From positions 840-64,839 of the forward strand of contig JAFGAO010000068.1 in assembly GCA_016933615.1 (NCBI GenBank): a stretch of 64,000 nt of DNA, given 5' to 3'. The notes beneath the pieces are model-generated. The model worked only from the letters and a program-made list of their open reading frames with translations, did not search any database and was not told where the DNA came from. Positions 55,101-63,520 of this stretch are shown here, in pieces (positions within the stretch are counted from its first letter, which is position 1; every line of letters begins with the position of its first letter). Source of the DNA: Acidobacteriota bacterium. GTDB taxonomy: Bacteria > Acidobacteriota > UBA6911. A program made the position numbers and the translations under genes.

Positions 55101-56075
55101 ATAGAGGAAAGTATTCTTCCTCTTCTGAATCTTACCGACAGCAACAACCGGCTTTTGAAAAGAGCCGCGCTGCTTCACACCGACATCGCCATGTTCCAGC
55201 TCGATACCGGTCCGCTCGACTCGAAGACCGTGATCTATCGGGGCATCGTTTATAAAAAGGGCCGCCAGGCTGCCGTTTCCATCCAGGACGGCAGGGGTAC
55301 CGGCCTGAAAAAAGTCTGGCACTGGGAATTTGCGCGCCATCTTCTCGGCAGGATTGCCCCCCGCCCCTCCGATGACGACATGGTCCGGAAGTGGTATGTC
55401 GCCGCGACGGCTTTCATGCTCTCGCGCCGGCAATTCGATGAGGCGGAGGACAACCTGGCGGCCGCCCTGGAGCACTTTCCGTCGCATCCCGGGCTGCTGT
55501 TTTACAGGGGCGTCCTGCACGAAAAGTACGCGACGACCCCATTCCAGGACGCCCTTCCGCCGGAAGGGGGGACTTTTGTATTCGGCTCCGAAAAATCAGA
55601 GCTGCAGCGAGCCGAGGGGTACTTTCAGAAAGCCCTGGAAATCGATCCTGCCTTTTGCGAAGCGCGCCTGCACCTGGGACGGGTGCAGGGACTGCTCGGC
55701 GACCATGAGACGGCAGTCGACGAGCTTCAGCAAGCCGCTGCCTCCATCAAAGACAGGCAGCTTCGTTATTACTGCGCTCTCTACCTCGGAAACGAGCTGG
55801 CGGCCCTCAACCGGACGGCGGAAGCCCGCAAACAGTATGAAACAGCCGCAAAACTTTATCCGGGGGTCCAGTCTCCCCTGCTGGGTCTGAGTCAGCTTGC
55901 CCTTAAAAGCGGCGATTATGAAAACGCCATGGCTTTTGGAAAACAGGTTTTGACATTGCCGGCTGGAGAGGACGCATCCGACGACCCGTGGTGGAGTTAT
56001 GATGTCTCCGCGGTTCTCAATGCACCCGCTCTCATTTCGGAAATGTATGAAGCGGCGGCAATTCCGTCTCCCTGA
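52167..56075 (+). CDS. secreted VWA-related + TPR giant protein, paralog 2
   Basis: 1302 aa, collinear with paralog 1 over its whole length, with long identical runs (e.g. 'DVNLVQVDAVVTDK', 'YLGNELAALNRTAEAR', 'DDPWWSYDVS'). Signal peptide 'LLLLCAYAPAQ'. Confidence 0.8.
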   Translation: MNRYLLLPLLLLCAYAPAQIPQSAAKEGDGAAGVFRVDVNLVQVDAVVTDKNGRPVTDLTAGDFIILQDGKPQEITNFSLVRLPAPLLSGPAVKKPPSKFRDASPQAPTPQVRMTPEEVRRVVALVVDDLGLSFSNTVQVRDAVRKWVDEEMQPGDLVAVVTTGFGMGGLQQFTGDKKLLYEAIDRIRFNILSRVGASSYEQEETALSTQQEEERSRGMTMGTLGSLRYILNGMEILPGRKSLILFSENLVMNFDDSEEGDEGAVFKMNLSDSSKDRMQLLVQDANRASVVIHTIDPRGTTWGAHPDVETSEMTKSREGLTVMAQQTGGLFIGDHNFVEPSLQEAARDGETYYLIGFLPGADTVAEIKEGRSKYHNLTVRVKRPGLQVRSRSGFFSTTEEAPYAPAPDSDTLARAMLSPLLQDDLPVRLASGYVLGPEGDYLLRVWVHLPGRQLAVIREGNGEHYVSLETYAATTGFDGLIHDSGRTTHKIPLNTQEILSIREHGLRFSVAIPAKNPGTYFVRLAVKDLGSGRIGSAYQYVEIPDLRKEGLALSDLFVINSNEDVRLILPDAGGKSSEQAYSTGQNREKSPAIRQYQPGETLEFLAVVYNAVALQGSPPDLETRTVLYRDGGEIFRSDPEPVDPGKAFDSARIPVKKRMRLGKTMPPGDYILQLQVIDKRAKKQKNLASASLDFQVIPEKEPGNLEKAEALIRRGNEANRAGRKEVAAQAFAEAARLYRQEIGNHPDDTVLWKQAGTVHFLAGQTEEAAAAYEEAVRLQPEDAESHYMLGIIRAATDVDSGIGSLREAIRLDSDNAKYRFDLGRALAQNQDFQSSIEALREASRLDPRDGESHASMGIVLEQMGEMEEAVGEYRQALALDLSDNSADSVRELLKKALADFGDGDAEKRRESITLRAKDWRSAVERHVPGKSDTAAVEVGSWPVNDLDIIISLLDNIREGELDPIVESSLVRPFKGRQYIEESILPLLNLTDSNNRLLKRAALLHTDIAMFQLDTGPLDSKTVIYRGIVYKKGRQAAVSIQDGRGTGLKKVWHWEFARHLLGRIAPRPSDDDMVRKWYVAATAFMLSRRQFDEAEDNLAAALEHFPSHPGLLFYRGVLHEKYATTPFQDALPPEGGTFVFGSEKSELQRAEGYFQKALEIDPAFCEARLHLGRVQGLLGDHETAVDELQQAAASIKDRQLRYYCALYLGNELAALNRTAEARKQYETAAKLYPGVQSPLLGLSQLALKSGDYENAMAFGKQVLTLPAGEDASDDPWWSYDVSAVLNAPALISEMYEAAAIPSP

Positions 56076-56307
56076 ACCTCAATTCCGATATTGCCTTTGC
56101 TGGGAAAGTCTATTCCATTTGTTCTCAGGCCTTTAACACGAGCAAATCCAACTTCGCCGAAGTCGGATTTATGATAGACAAACTGTTGAGCCAAAAAGAG
56201 AACAGCATCTTTTCGATAGTCAACTTCGGAATTGAGGCTGAAACCAAAGGGCGGAGCTGCTCTGAAAATCCAAAGGGTAAAGTCTACGGAAACAATGATG
56301 TATTGGT

Positions 56308-56341
56308 GTTATTGCCGCCATCGCAGCCGTACGGCAATAAC
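56308..56341 (-). terminator. 10-bp hairpin just downstream of the DAACS gene
   Basis: GTTATTGCCG (56308-56317) pairs with CGGCAATAAC (56332-56341), with a 14-nt loop. There is no U-tract. Confidence 0.3.
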
Positions 56342-56347
56342 CGCCGC

Positions 56348-57568
56348 TCATTTTTCTTCAAAACGGTTGACGACGGCCGTGCCGACGAGGTCGCTCCAGA
56401 CATTGGTTGCCGTACGCATCATATCCAGCACGCGGTCGACCGCAATAATAGTGCCTATGCCTTCAAGCGGCAGGCCGACCGCCTGCAGGATCACCACCAG
56501 CATCACAAGGCCGGCCATGGGAATCGCGGCCGCCCCGACGGATGCCAGAAGCGCCGTCAGCAGCACCAGCGCCTGCTCCCCCACGCCGAGGCCGGTGCCG
56601 TACATCTGCGCTATGGTCAGCGCGGCTACGGCTTCATAGAGCGCGGTGCCGTCCATATTGACGGTCGCACCCATAGGGAGGACGAAGCTCGTCACGCCCC
56701 GGCGGTTCCCCGCCAGTTCCGAACACTCCATTGTCAGAGGGAGAGTCGCTCCGGAAGAGGCCGTGGAGAATGCCGTGGCCAGAGCCGGCGAACAGACACG
56801 AAAATACGAATACGGTTGACGTTTCCCCAATATTCTCAAGACGAGGGGCAAAGCGATCAGGGCATGGATGAACAGGCCGAATCCCACGGTAATGAAATAG
56901 AACCGCAGATCCCAGATAATGCCGGGACCGCTCCGGGACACTTCCCGGGCCAGAAGAGCGAAGATCCCTATCGGGGCCAGCTTCACGATCGCCAGGGTTA
57001 AGGCCTGGATGACTTCGAGAACTCCGTCGATAACTTTCTTCACCGATTCTACGCCGGAGCCTGTCAGCCGTGTCAGGAAGAGGCCGAAAAGCAACGCGAA
57101 GAAAATGACGGGAAGCACGTCTCCGGAAGCCATCGAGGAAAAAATATTGTCGGGCACTATCCCGAGAAGGAACTGGGGCAGAGTCTGCGTGGTGGTGGAA
57201 AAACCTTCAGGAAGAACGCCCGCCGGTGCCAGGTCCAGATAATCGCCCGGCCGGATGAGATTGACCAGCACAAGGCCGATGGCAATGGCGAGGGTAGTGG
57301 ATACGGTGTAATAGATCATGGTCCGGATACCTACCCGCCCGACGGACCGGGCGCTGCCCAGGCTCGCGATCCCGCTTACCAGCGAGGTAAAGACAAGCGG
57401 AATGATAATCATCTTCAATAGACGTAGAAACAGATCTCCCAGGAATCCGATGGATTGGGCCGCGGCGGGAAGGATCCATCCCATCCCAATGCCGGCGATC
57501 AGCGCGAGGAGTACCTGCCAGTGCAGTTTCAAATACCAGGACTTTTCATTGGGTTTGATTTCTTTCAT
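56348..57568 (-). CDS. dicarboxylate/amino acid:cation symporter (DAACS family)
   Basis: 406 aa. 'LKMIIIPLVFTSLVSGI' and 'SSGATLP...MGATVNMDGTALY' are typical of the GltP/DctA family. Confidence 0.9.
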   Translation of the reverse strand: MKEIKPNEKSWYLKLHWQVLLALIAGIGMGWILPAAAQSIGFLGDLFLRLLKMIIIPLVFTSLVSGIASLGSARSVGRVGIRTMIYYTVSTTLAIAIGLVLVNLIRPGDYLDLAPAGVLPEGFSTTTQTLPQFLLGIVPDNIFSSMASGDVLPVIFFALLFGLFLTRLTGSGVESVKKVIDGVLEVIQALTLAIVKLAPIGIFALLAREVSRSGPGIIWDLRFYFITVGFGLFIHALIALPLVLRILGKRQPYSYFRVCSPALATAFSTASSGATLPLTMECSELAGNRRGVTSFVLPMGATVNMDGTALYEAVAALTIAQMYGTGLGVGEQALVLLTALLASVGAAAIPMAGLVMLVVILQAVGLPLEGIGTIIAVDRVLDMMRTATNVWSDLVGTAVVNRFEEK

Positions 57569-57612
57569 TGACCGAGAAGATTCACCGCCTGCTGCACGCT
57601 GAAATGTTCAGA

Positions 57613-57669
57613 GGGCGAACACAAGATTGGGCGAACACAAGATTGGGCGAACACAAGGTTCGCCCCTAC
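57613..57669 (-). repeat. REP-like element with a 16-mer expansion
   Basis: GGGCGAACACAAGATT x2, then GGGCGAACACAAGGTTCGCCCCTAC. Confidence 0.9.
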
Positions 57670-57684
57670 AGAATGCCGACTGTT

Positions 57685-58563
57685 TTATTCCTTTTTATCC
57701 ATCCGATAAAAGGAACGCAGGTGACCGTCGTGCGTCGTTACGAAGAAGTCGGTCGCCGCATAGCCTTTCCTGAAATAGTGCCGGAACATCTGGCGCATTT
57801 TCGACTGCCACTGCATGGCGATCCCCAAATCGCGGCCCTTGATTTCCTGAAGATTGTAGGGCACTTCAAAAAGGAATTTATCCTCGGCGAAGTTCAGTTT
57901 TATTCCGGAAGGCTTCATCAATCCCGGCGCCGCTTCCTCCATTTCGTTGATGGCCCTCAGCCGTTTCATCTCTTTTTTGAGATCGTGGCGCGGCGGGCCC
58001 GTTTCCAGCCGGCGCGCCACTTCGCCGGATCCCAGATCCCATTTCGTCAGGAGCCGGTCCGTGGGCAGACCGCGGTCCGGAAACCGCGTCGTCTCTCCAA
58101 AATAGTTCTCCTCGTACTGATCCGCGGAGGCTCCGAGCTTCCCCAGAGCGAAATAGGCATGCATCGGCTGCATGGGATCAAAGGATGCGGTGATCCGCTT
58201 TATCTTTTGTTTCAATGCTTCCCTGCGCTGCGCAGATTTGAGTTTGAATCCGATATCGAAATTCCGGTAGGCAACGCGCACGGCCAGAAGGCAGGAATGC
58301 TGGACCGGGCCTTTTGAATCCCTCCCCTGAAGGCTGAATACGAATCCCACCAGGTCGCCGATATTGCTGTAGGCGCCGAGAAGGATGCCACCCGAACGGT
58401 GCGCTTCCAGCAGCAGCGAAACCGGAACCACGTCCACATCCTCCGAATTCCAGACTTCTTTCTGGATATCTTCGCAAGTCTTGTAGTCCGCCAGGTTGCG
58501 AAACGGGGCGATGGTGACTTTGATTTCGTCTTTCCTCTTTTTTCGTCTTGCAGCCGGAGTCAT
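57685..58563 (-). CDS. GNAT-fold-like protein of unknown function (COG3375-like)
   Basis: 292 aa. 'HSCLLAVRVAYRNFDIGFKLKSAQRREAL' and 'ASFDPMQPMHAYFALGKLGA..YEENYFG' resemble a conserved uncharacterised acyltransferase-fold family. The assignment is from memory. Confidence 0.5.
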   Translation of the reverse strand: MTPAARRKKRKDEIKVTIAPFRNLADYKTCEDIQKEVWNSEDVDVVPVSLLLEAHRSGGILLGAYSNIGDLVGFVFSLQGRDSKGPVQHSCLLAVRVAYRNFDIGFKLKSAQRREALKQKIKRITASFDPMQPMHAYFALGKLGASADQYEENYFGETTRFPDRGLPTDRLLTKWDLGSGEVARRLETGPPRHDLKKEMKRLRAINEMEEAAPGLMKPSGIKLNFAEDKFLFEVPYNLQEIKGRDLGIAMQWQSKMRQMFRHYFRKGYAATDFFVTTHDGHLRSFYRMDKKE

Positions 58564-58616
58564 GTTGCCTCACTTCCCGTATCAGGGTTTGTCCTTGATA
58601 AACCTTCTGCGCTATC

Positions 58617-59867
58617 TCATTCTGCCGGACCGTAGAGCAGCGCCTCCCTGCGCACGGCCAGAAATTCCGTCATCTCATGCCTGCCCGTTTCCAGCACCTC
58701 GGCTGCAGAAGCGCCCGCCCGCAGCATCCGCATCGCCTTCGCATTGCCCAGCAATTGCATCACGGCGTCCAGTTCGAAAACATCCGGGTACAGGCGGGAC
58801 AGCACCGATACCAGGGTGAGCCCGAGGAGCACCGAGTGGACTTTCTCCCGATTGGCTATATGGACGCTGACGCCGCCGCATTTTTCCCCGGAATACCTGC
58901 CTGTTTTAGGCGTGAAATAGACCGGGACGAAACATACGCCCGGCGGTTGCGCCTCACGCAGCGCAGCCGCGAGCCGGCGCGGTTCGATCCACGGCGCGCC
59001 GACTGATTCAAAAGGCCTTTCGGTGCCCCGCCCCACCGAAACGTTGGTTCTTTCCAGCAGGCAGATTCCGGGATAGAGAATCGCCGCCGCCAGGCTCCGC
59101 ATGTTCGGAGAGGGATCGACCCAGAGCTGTCCGGTATCGTTGTAGTAAAAAGACCGCTGCCAGCCCTGCATGGCCACAACATGCAAAGTCGCACCTATGG
59201 CCTTTTGCCGGTTGAAATAGCGCGCGAGCTCTCCAACGGTCATTCCATGGCGGATCGGAAGAGGCATGTACCCGGTAAACGAAACCCGGTCCGCATCCAG
59301 CATCGGTCCCTCGACCTGCATCCCGCCGACAGGATTGGGACGATCCAAAACATAAAAAGGTATCTTTGCTTCCGCCGCGGCCTCCATGCAGTATGCCATG
59401 GTCGATATATAGGTGTAAAACCGCGCTCCGATATCCTGGACATCAAAAATCAATGCTTCGACCCGACGGAGCATCTCGGGCGTCGGTTTCCTTGTGTCCC
59501 CGTACAGGCTGTAAACGGGAAGGCCCGTAACGGCATCCGGGGAGGAATCGATTCTGCCGTCCAGTATTCCGCGGATTCCGTGTTCGGGGCTGAAGAGAGC
59601 GATCAGCTCGCAAACGCCCGACTGCAAAAGCAGATCGATGGTCGTCGTCCCGTCGGCGGCCAGCCCCGTATGATTCGTTATCAGGCCGACGCGTTTCCCG
59701 GCAAGGGGCCCGAAATTCTCCCGCCGCAAAACATCAATGCCGTTTAGGACCTCCGGTGAGGAATCTCCACCCGCGGCGGCAGCCGTCAATAGAAGGCACA
59801 TCGCCACCCGGAGAATGCGGGCCGCACGCAATTGACTATAATAAGCCTTGAAAGCTTTTTGTAGCAT
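58617..59867 (-). CDS. DUF1343 / NamZ-like exo-beta-N-acetylmuramidase family protein
   Basis: 416 aa. 'GLITNHTG', 'LFSPEHG', 'VYSLYG' and 'FDVQDIGARFYTYISTM' are DUF1343 blocks. The N-terminus looks like a signal peptide. Confidence 0.8.
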   Translation of the reverse strand: MLQKAFKAYYSQLRAARILRVAMCLLLTAAAAGGDSSPEVLNGIDVLRRENFGPLAGKRVGLITNHTGLAADGTTTIDLLLQSGVCELIALFSPEHGIRGILDGRIDSSPDAVTGLPVYSLYGDTRKPTPEMLRRVEALIFDVQDIGARFYTYISTMAYCMEAAAEAKIPFYVLDRPNPVGGMQVEGPMLDADRVSFTGYMPLPIRHGMTVGELARYFNRQKAIGATLHVVAMQGWQRSFYYNDTGQLWVDPSPNMRSLAAAILYPGICLLERTNVSVGRGTERPFESVGAPWIEPRRLAAALREAQPPGVCFVPVYFTPKTGRYSGEKCGGVSVHIANREKVHSVLLGLTLVSVLSRLYPDVFELDAVMQLLGNAKAMRMLRAGASAAEVLETGRHEMTEFLAVRREALLYGPAE

Positions 59868-59974
59868 TAAAATTCCCGTTTTTTACGAATCAGGAAAAAT
59901 TATACATCAAAAAGCAAATTGACGGCGAGGATTGAGGCGCAGCGCGGGATCCCGGGCTATGGATCGGATACCGA

Positions 59975-61759
59975 TCATTCGAAAACGGTTTTCCATCCCC
60001 TGCGGTTCAGGTCCCGGTGAATAACCAGGCCCGCGATCAGCGCAATTACGAGGAACACCAGCCCCGTCAGCAAGTCCCCGAAAATAATCTTGCCTGTCCC
60101 GAACAGGCTCAGATACACCAGGATGCACCCGCAAACCCAATCCAGCAGATTGCAGGCTGCGTCGGACCGGGCCGGTACGTCGGGAGCCTTTTCGGCAACA
60201 GGGCCCCAGAGGCATGCGCCGGGGCGGACTCTCCGGTAGAAAGAAACCAGGATCTCCTCTTTTTCCGGAGCCGTCAGAAATGTCGCGAGGAGCCAAGCGG
60301 CCGTGGAGCATGCAACCGTAATAAGCACGGTCCAGGCAAACTGGAGCTCATCGCTGTCCATTTTCAGGCAAACCTGCAGAAGCATCGATACAACGAACGA
60401 AGCCACCATGGCGGAAACCTCGCTCCAGGCATTGATGCGCCACCAGAACCACCTGAGAAGAAAAACGCTCCCCGTGCCGGCGCTGACGGCAATTAAAAAT
60501 TTCCAGGCGCCGGCAATGGAATCCTGGTAGTAGGTAACGAGGCAGGACACCAGCATAATTACAATGGTGGAGACCTGAGACGCCTTCACATAATGCCGTT
60601 CGGCGCGATTGCGGGCCAGGAACCGCCTGTACAAATCATTGACCAGATAGGAAGCACCCCAGTTCAGCTGCGTGGTGATGGTGGACATGTAGGCGGCGGC
60701 AAACGCAGCCAGGATCAGCCCCCGCAGCGCGGTCGGAAATACGCCGGGATCCATGACCACCATGACGAAACCCGACTCCTTGTCCGCAAGCGTTGGATAA
60801 AGGATAATCGAACACAGAGCCACCAGTATCCAGGGCCAGGGGCGAACGGCATAGTGCGCGATGTTGAACCAAAGGGTAGCCAGCAGGGAATGCCTTTCAT
60901 CCTTGGCGGAAAGCATCCTCTGGGCGATGTAGCCGCCGCCGCCCGGCTCCGCTCCGGGATACCAGGTCGCCCACCAGTTGACGGCCAGATAGACGACAAA
61001 GGTCAATACCGGCATCCAGGCGGAACCGATCTCCGGGACGAAGGAGAGTATGGATCCGCCGCCTGAACCCGATGCGGCTTTGGCTTCATCCAGGGACCGG
61101 AGCTTGAGTATCAGGGAATCCATCCCGCCCACGGCATCGACGGCGAAAACGGCCAGTACCACCATCATCGCCATTATCAGGGCAAATTGAAAAAGGTCCA
61201 TCACCAGGACTCCCCAGAGGCCGGAGAGAGTCGAAACGGCGGCTGTCACGAGCATGAGCACCAGTACCAGCAGGAGAGCCTGTATTTTTGTGATCCCGAA
61301 TACCGTCATCAGGATTTTAACCATGGCCAGGTTCACCCATCCTATCACGATGCAGTTTATCGGAAGCCCAAGATACAGGGCGCGGAATCCCCTGAGAAAC
61401 GCGGCCGGCCGGCCGCTGTAACGGATTTCGGCAAACTCGACATCCGTCAGAACTCCGGCGCGGCGCCACAGCCGGGCATAAAAAAAGACGGTCAGCATCC
61501 CGCTCATCAGCATATTCCACCAGAGCCAGTTTCCCGCTATCCCGTGGTCGGCTACCATGCCCGTCACAGCGAGAGGGGTATCCGCCGCGAATGTCGTGGC
61601 CACCATGGAAGTCCCGGCCAGCCACCAGGTCACCTTCCTGCCGCCGACAAAATAATCCTCGGTTGAAGCGGTCGCGCGTTTTCGGAAATACAAACCGATG
61701 CCCGCGCTGAGCGCAAAGTATGCAATTATAACCAGCCAATCGACGGTCGCTAGCGGCAT
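59975..61759 (-). CDS. sodium:solute symporter (SSS) family transporter
   Basis: 594 aa from ATG 61759 (GGAGGTG upstream). 'YFVGGRKVTWWLAGTSMVATTFAADTPLAVTG'. The 39-codon extension in the track is non-membrane sequence. Confidence 0.85.
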   Translation of the reverse strand: MPLATVDWLVIIAYFALSAGIGLYFRKRATASTEDYFVGGRKVTWWLAGTSMVATTFAADTPLAVTGMVADHGIAGNWLWWNMLMSGMLTVFFYARLWRRAGVLTDVEFAEIRYSGRPAAFLRGFRALYLGLPINCIVIGWVNLAMVKILMTVFGITKIQALLLVLVLMLVTAAVSTLSGLWGVLVMDLFQFALIMAMMVVLAVFAVDAVGGMDSLILKLRSLDEAKAASGSGGGSILSFVPEIGSAWMPVLTFVVYLAVNWWATWYPGAEPGGGGYIAQRMLSAKDERHSLLATLWFNIAHYAVRPWPWILVALCSIILYPTLADKESGFVMVVMDPGVFPTALRGLILAAFAAAYMSTITTQLNWGASYLVNDLYRRFLARNRAERHYVKASQVSTIVIMLVSCLVTYYQDSIAGAWKFLIAVSAGTGSVFLLRWFWWRINAWSEVSAMVASFVVSMLLQVCLKMDSDELQFAWTVLITVACSTAAWLLATFLTAPEKEEILVSFYRRVRPGACLWGPVAEKAPDVPARSDAACNLLDWVCGCILVYLSLFGTGKIIFGDLLTGLVFLVIALIAGLVIHRDLNRRGWKTVFE

Positions 61760-61956
61760 CGGCACCTCCCCTGAAGATGGATGGATGCATCCCCTTTTCC
61801 ACTGCAGTCGTCCATCTTTAACCGGGAATCGGGAATCGTCAACATGTGTTTGACGCGATGAGGTACGGGGCGCCAAGCAGCCGAAGAATTCAGAATTCAG
61901 TCTTTCTGGGATAGTCGTCTAAGGCATGTTAATATTTTCAGCGAGGAATTGATCCC

Positions 61957-62928
61957 ATGGAATCCAGCGAGATAAAAAGCCGATGCGTGGGTACCATCGT
62001 TGGATTTGCCGTCGGGGACGCCTTGGGGATGCCGGTCGAATTCCTGAGCCGGGAACAGATTCAACGATACTACGGGGAAGAAATTTCCAACTACATGCAG
62101 GCTCCCGCAGGGCATGCGAGCGATTTTCTCCCCAGGGGATCCTATACCGACAATACCCAGACCCTGCTCGCAACCGCGGAATGCCTGATAGAATGCAAAA
62201 AGATGGATCCAGTCAGGCAGGCGGAGGCGCTTCTTTCCTGGTATCTGAACAGCGTTCCGCACCGAACGCCTTCGAACGCCTGCATAAGAGCCTGCAAGCA
62301 CCTGTCCACAGGCAGGCCCTGGAATAAAAGCGGAGTGTTCAGCAGCGACTGCCAGGCAACCGGCAGGATGCCTCCCATAGGACTTATGTTCTACCGCCGG
62401 CCTCAGACCCTGGCCCGCGCGGCGCTGGATAACTGCATTATCACGCACAATGAGCCCCGCGCCCGTGCAGCCTGCGTCGCTGTCGCCTACCTTATCTCCA
62501 GACTGGTTCAATCCGGTGAACGCGCCTGGCCAGCCGACCAGGCTCTGGAAACGGCCGACTACATCAGCCACCTGAGCGAGGATCTGGCCGGACTGATTCG
62601 CTGGTCGACCCAGATCGTGCACCTGTCTCCAGAAGAAGCGCTGTTTGAGATAGGGACCAGTTCCGATGTTATGGAAACCATACCTGCCGCTCTCTACTGC
62701 TTCCTCAAGCATCCGAGAGATCTCCCCGGTGCCGTCCTCTCGGCGGTGAACGCCGGAGACGCGGCGGCATCCATCGGAGCTTTGGCAGGTTCTTTCGTCG
62801 GTGCCCTGGCGGGCCGTGAAGTCATTGACAGTGCATGGCTGCATGGCATCGAAAATTACGACGTACTCATCGGAATAGGAGAAAATCTGGCGAATCTTAC
62901 CAATCCCCAGGATATTGTAGGATACTAA
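61957..62928 (+). CDS. ADP-ribosylglycohydrolase family protein
   Basis: 323 aa. 'GFAVGDALGMPVEF' and 'SYTDNTQ' are typical DraG/ARH motifs. Confidence 0.85.
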   Translation: MESSEIKSRCVGTIVGFAVGDALGMPVEFLSREQIQRYYGEEISNYMQAPAGHASDFLPRGSYTDNTQTLLATAECLIECKKMDPVRQAEALLSWYLNSVPHRTPSNACIRACKHLSTGRPWNKSGVFSSDCQATGRMPPIGLMFYRRPQTLARAALDNCIITHNEPRARAACVAVAYLISRLVQSGERAWPADQALETADYISHLSEDLAGLIRWSTQIVHLSPEEALFEIGTSSDVMETIPAALYCFLKHPRDLPGAVLSAVNAGDAAASIGALAGSFVGALAGREVIDSAWLHGIENYDVLIGIGENLANLTNPQDIVGY

Positions 62929-63249
62929 CCAAACCTTATACGCTATCCCCCCCGTGACGACTGAAACCTGTCTTCGATTCTTGGGCCCACCAAGGGCTCG
63001 GGTTACAAGGTTGTTTGAAGGCTTCCGGAGTGGTTGATGGATTGCTCTATGAACAGAATGCCGGCAGGAAAACCGCGTAGAAAAATTATTCACAGATTTT
63101 GTGGAAAACCGGAGGAAAACGTGGGTTTTGAACAGGACTAAATGATTAGATTCAATAATCTTTCTACCTATTTGCTTAAAAGATGTGCAACGGTATTTTG
63201 ATAACTGACTAATATTTTCCAGGCTGCAGTCCTTCCAGCACGCATCCGG

Positions 63250-63447
63250 TCAGTGAACGGCAACCATACCGGATTCCAGACAGGCGCCGGCGGTTCCGGC
63301 TTTGGGATCTCGTCCATAAAACGGAGTTCCCGGCGCGCAACTTATCTCGGGGTTCCGCTTGGCGCTGACGGCCCGCGCCAACAGTTCTTTGATATTGCGG
63401 CTTTCCAAGGTGCGTCCATTTATTTTTACGGAATAAACTCTGTACAT
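63250..63447 (-). CDS. hypothetical small protein (65 aa)
   Basis: An ORF with GAGGGA 3 nt upstream of the ATG. I recognise no family, so it may not be coding. Confidence 0.25.
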   Translation of the reverse strand: MYRVYSVKINGRTLESRNIKELLARAVSAKRNPEISCAPGTPFYGRDPKAGTAGACLESGMVAVH

Positions 63448-63489
63448 GGTTCCCTCTGCAATAAATACAACCTGTGTTTCCCAATATCA

Positions 63490-63514
63490 GGGCGAACACA
63501 AGGTTCGCCCCTAC
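63490..63514 (-). repeat. REP-like palindromic element, single copy
   Basis: GGGCGAACACAAGGTTCGCCCCTAC, 6 nt downstream of the lexA stop. Confidence 0.9.
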
Positions 63515-63520
63515 TACGGG

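Noticed and set aside
55997-56280. Minus-strand reading frame in the convergent gap with a beta-strand-like alternation (..FGFSLNSEVDYRKDAVLF..GEVGFARVKGL..), a possible OMP fragment
   Set aside because: It is short, has no start or RBS context, overlaps the end of the VWA-TPR gene, and shows no recognisable family. It cannot be supported from sequence alone.
56171-58317. Plus-strand ORFs 56171..57001 and 57568..58317
   Set aside because: They are antisense to the DAACS transporter and the GNAT-like gene. The translations are His/Arg/Gly-rich and non-membrane, while the opposite strand gives clear transporter motifs.
61897-63093. 398-aa minus-strand ORF
   Set aside because: It is antisense to the ADP-ribosylglycohydrolase gene, which has the diagnostic GDALGMPVE and YTDNTQ motifs.
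62929-63249. Possible tRNA, sRNA or CRP-like site (TCACAGATTTTGTGG) in the 320-nt gap
   Set aside because: There is no cloverleaf or T-loop (GGTTCGAATCC-type) sequence. The palindrome CACA-N5-TGTG is short and inverted relative to the CRP/FNR consensus.
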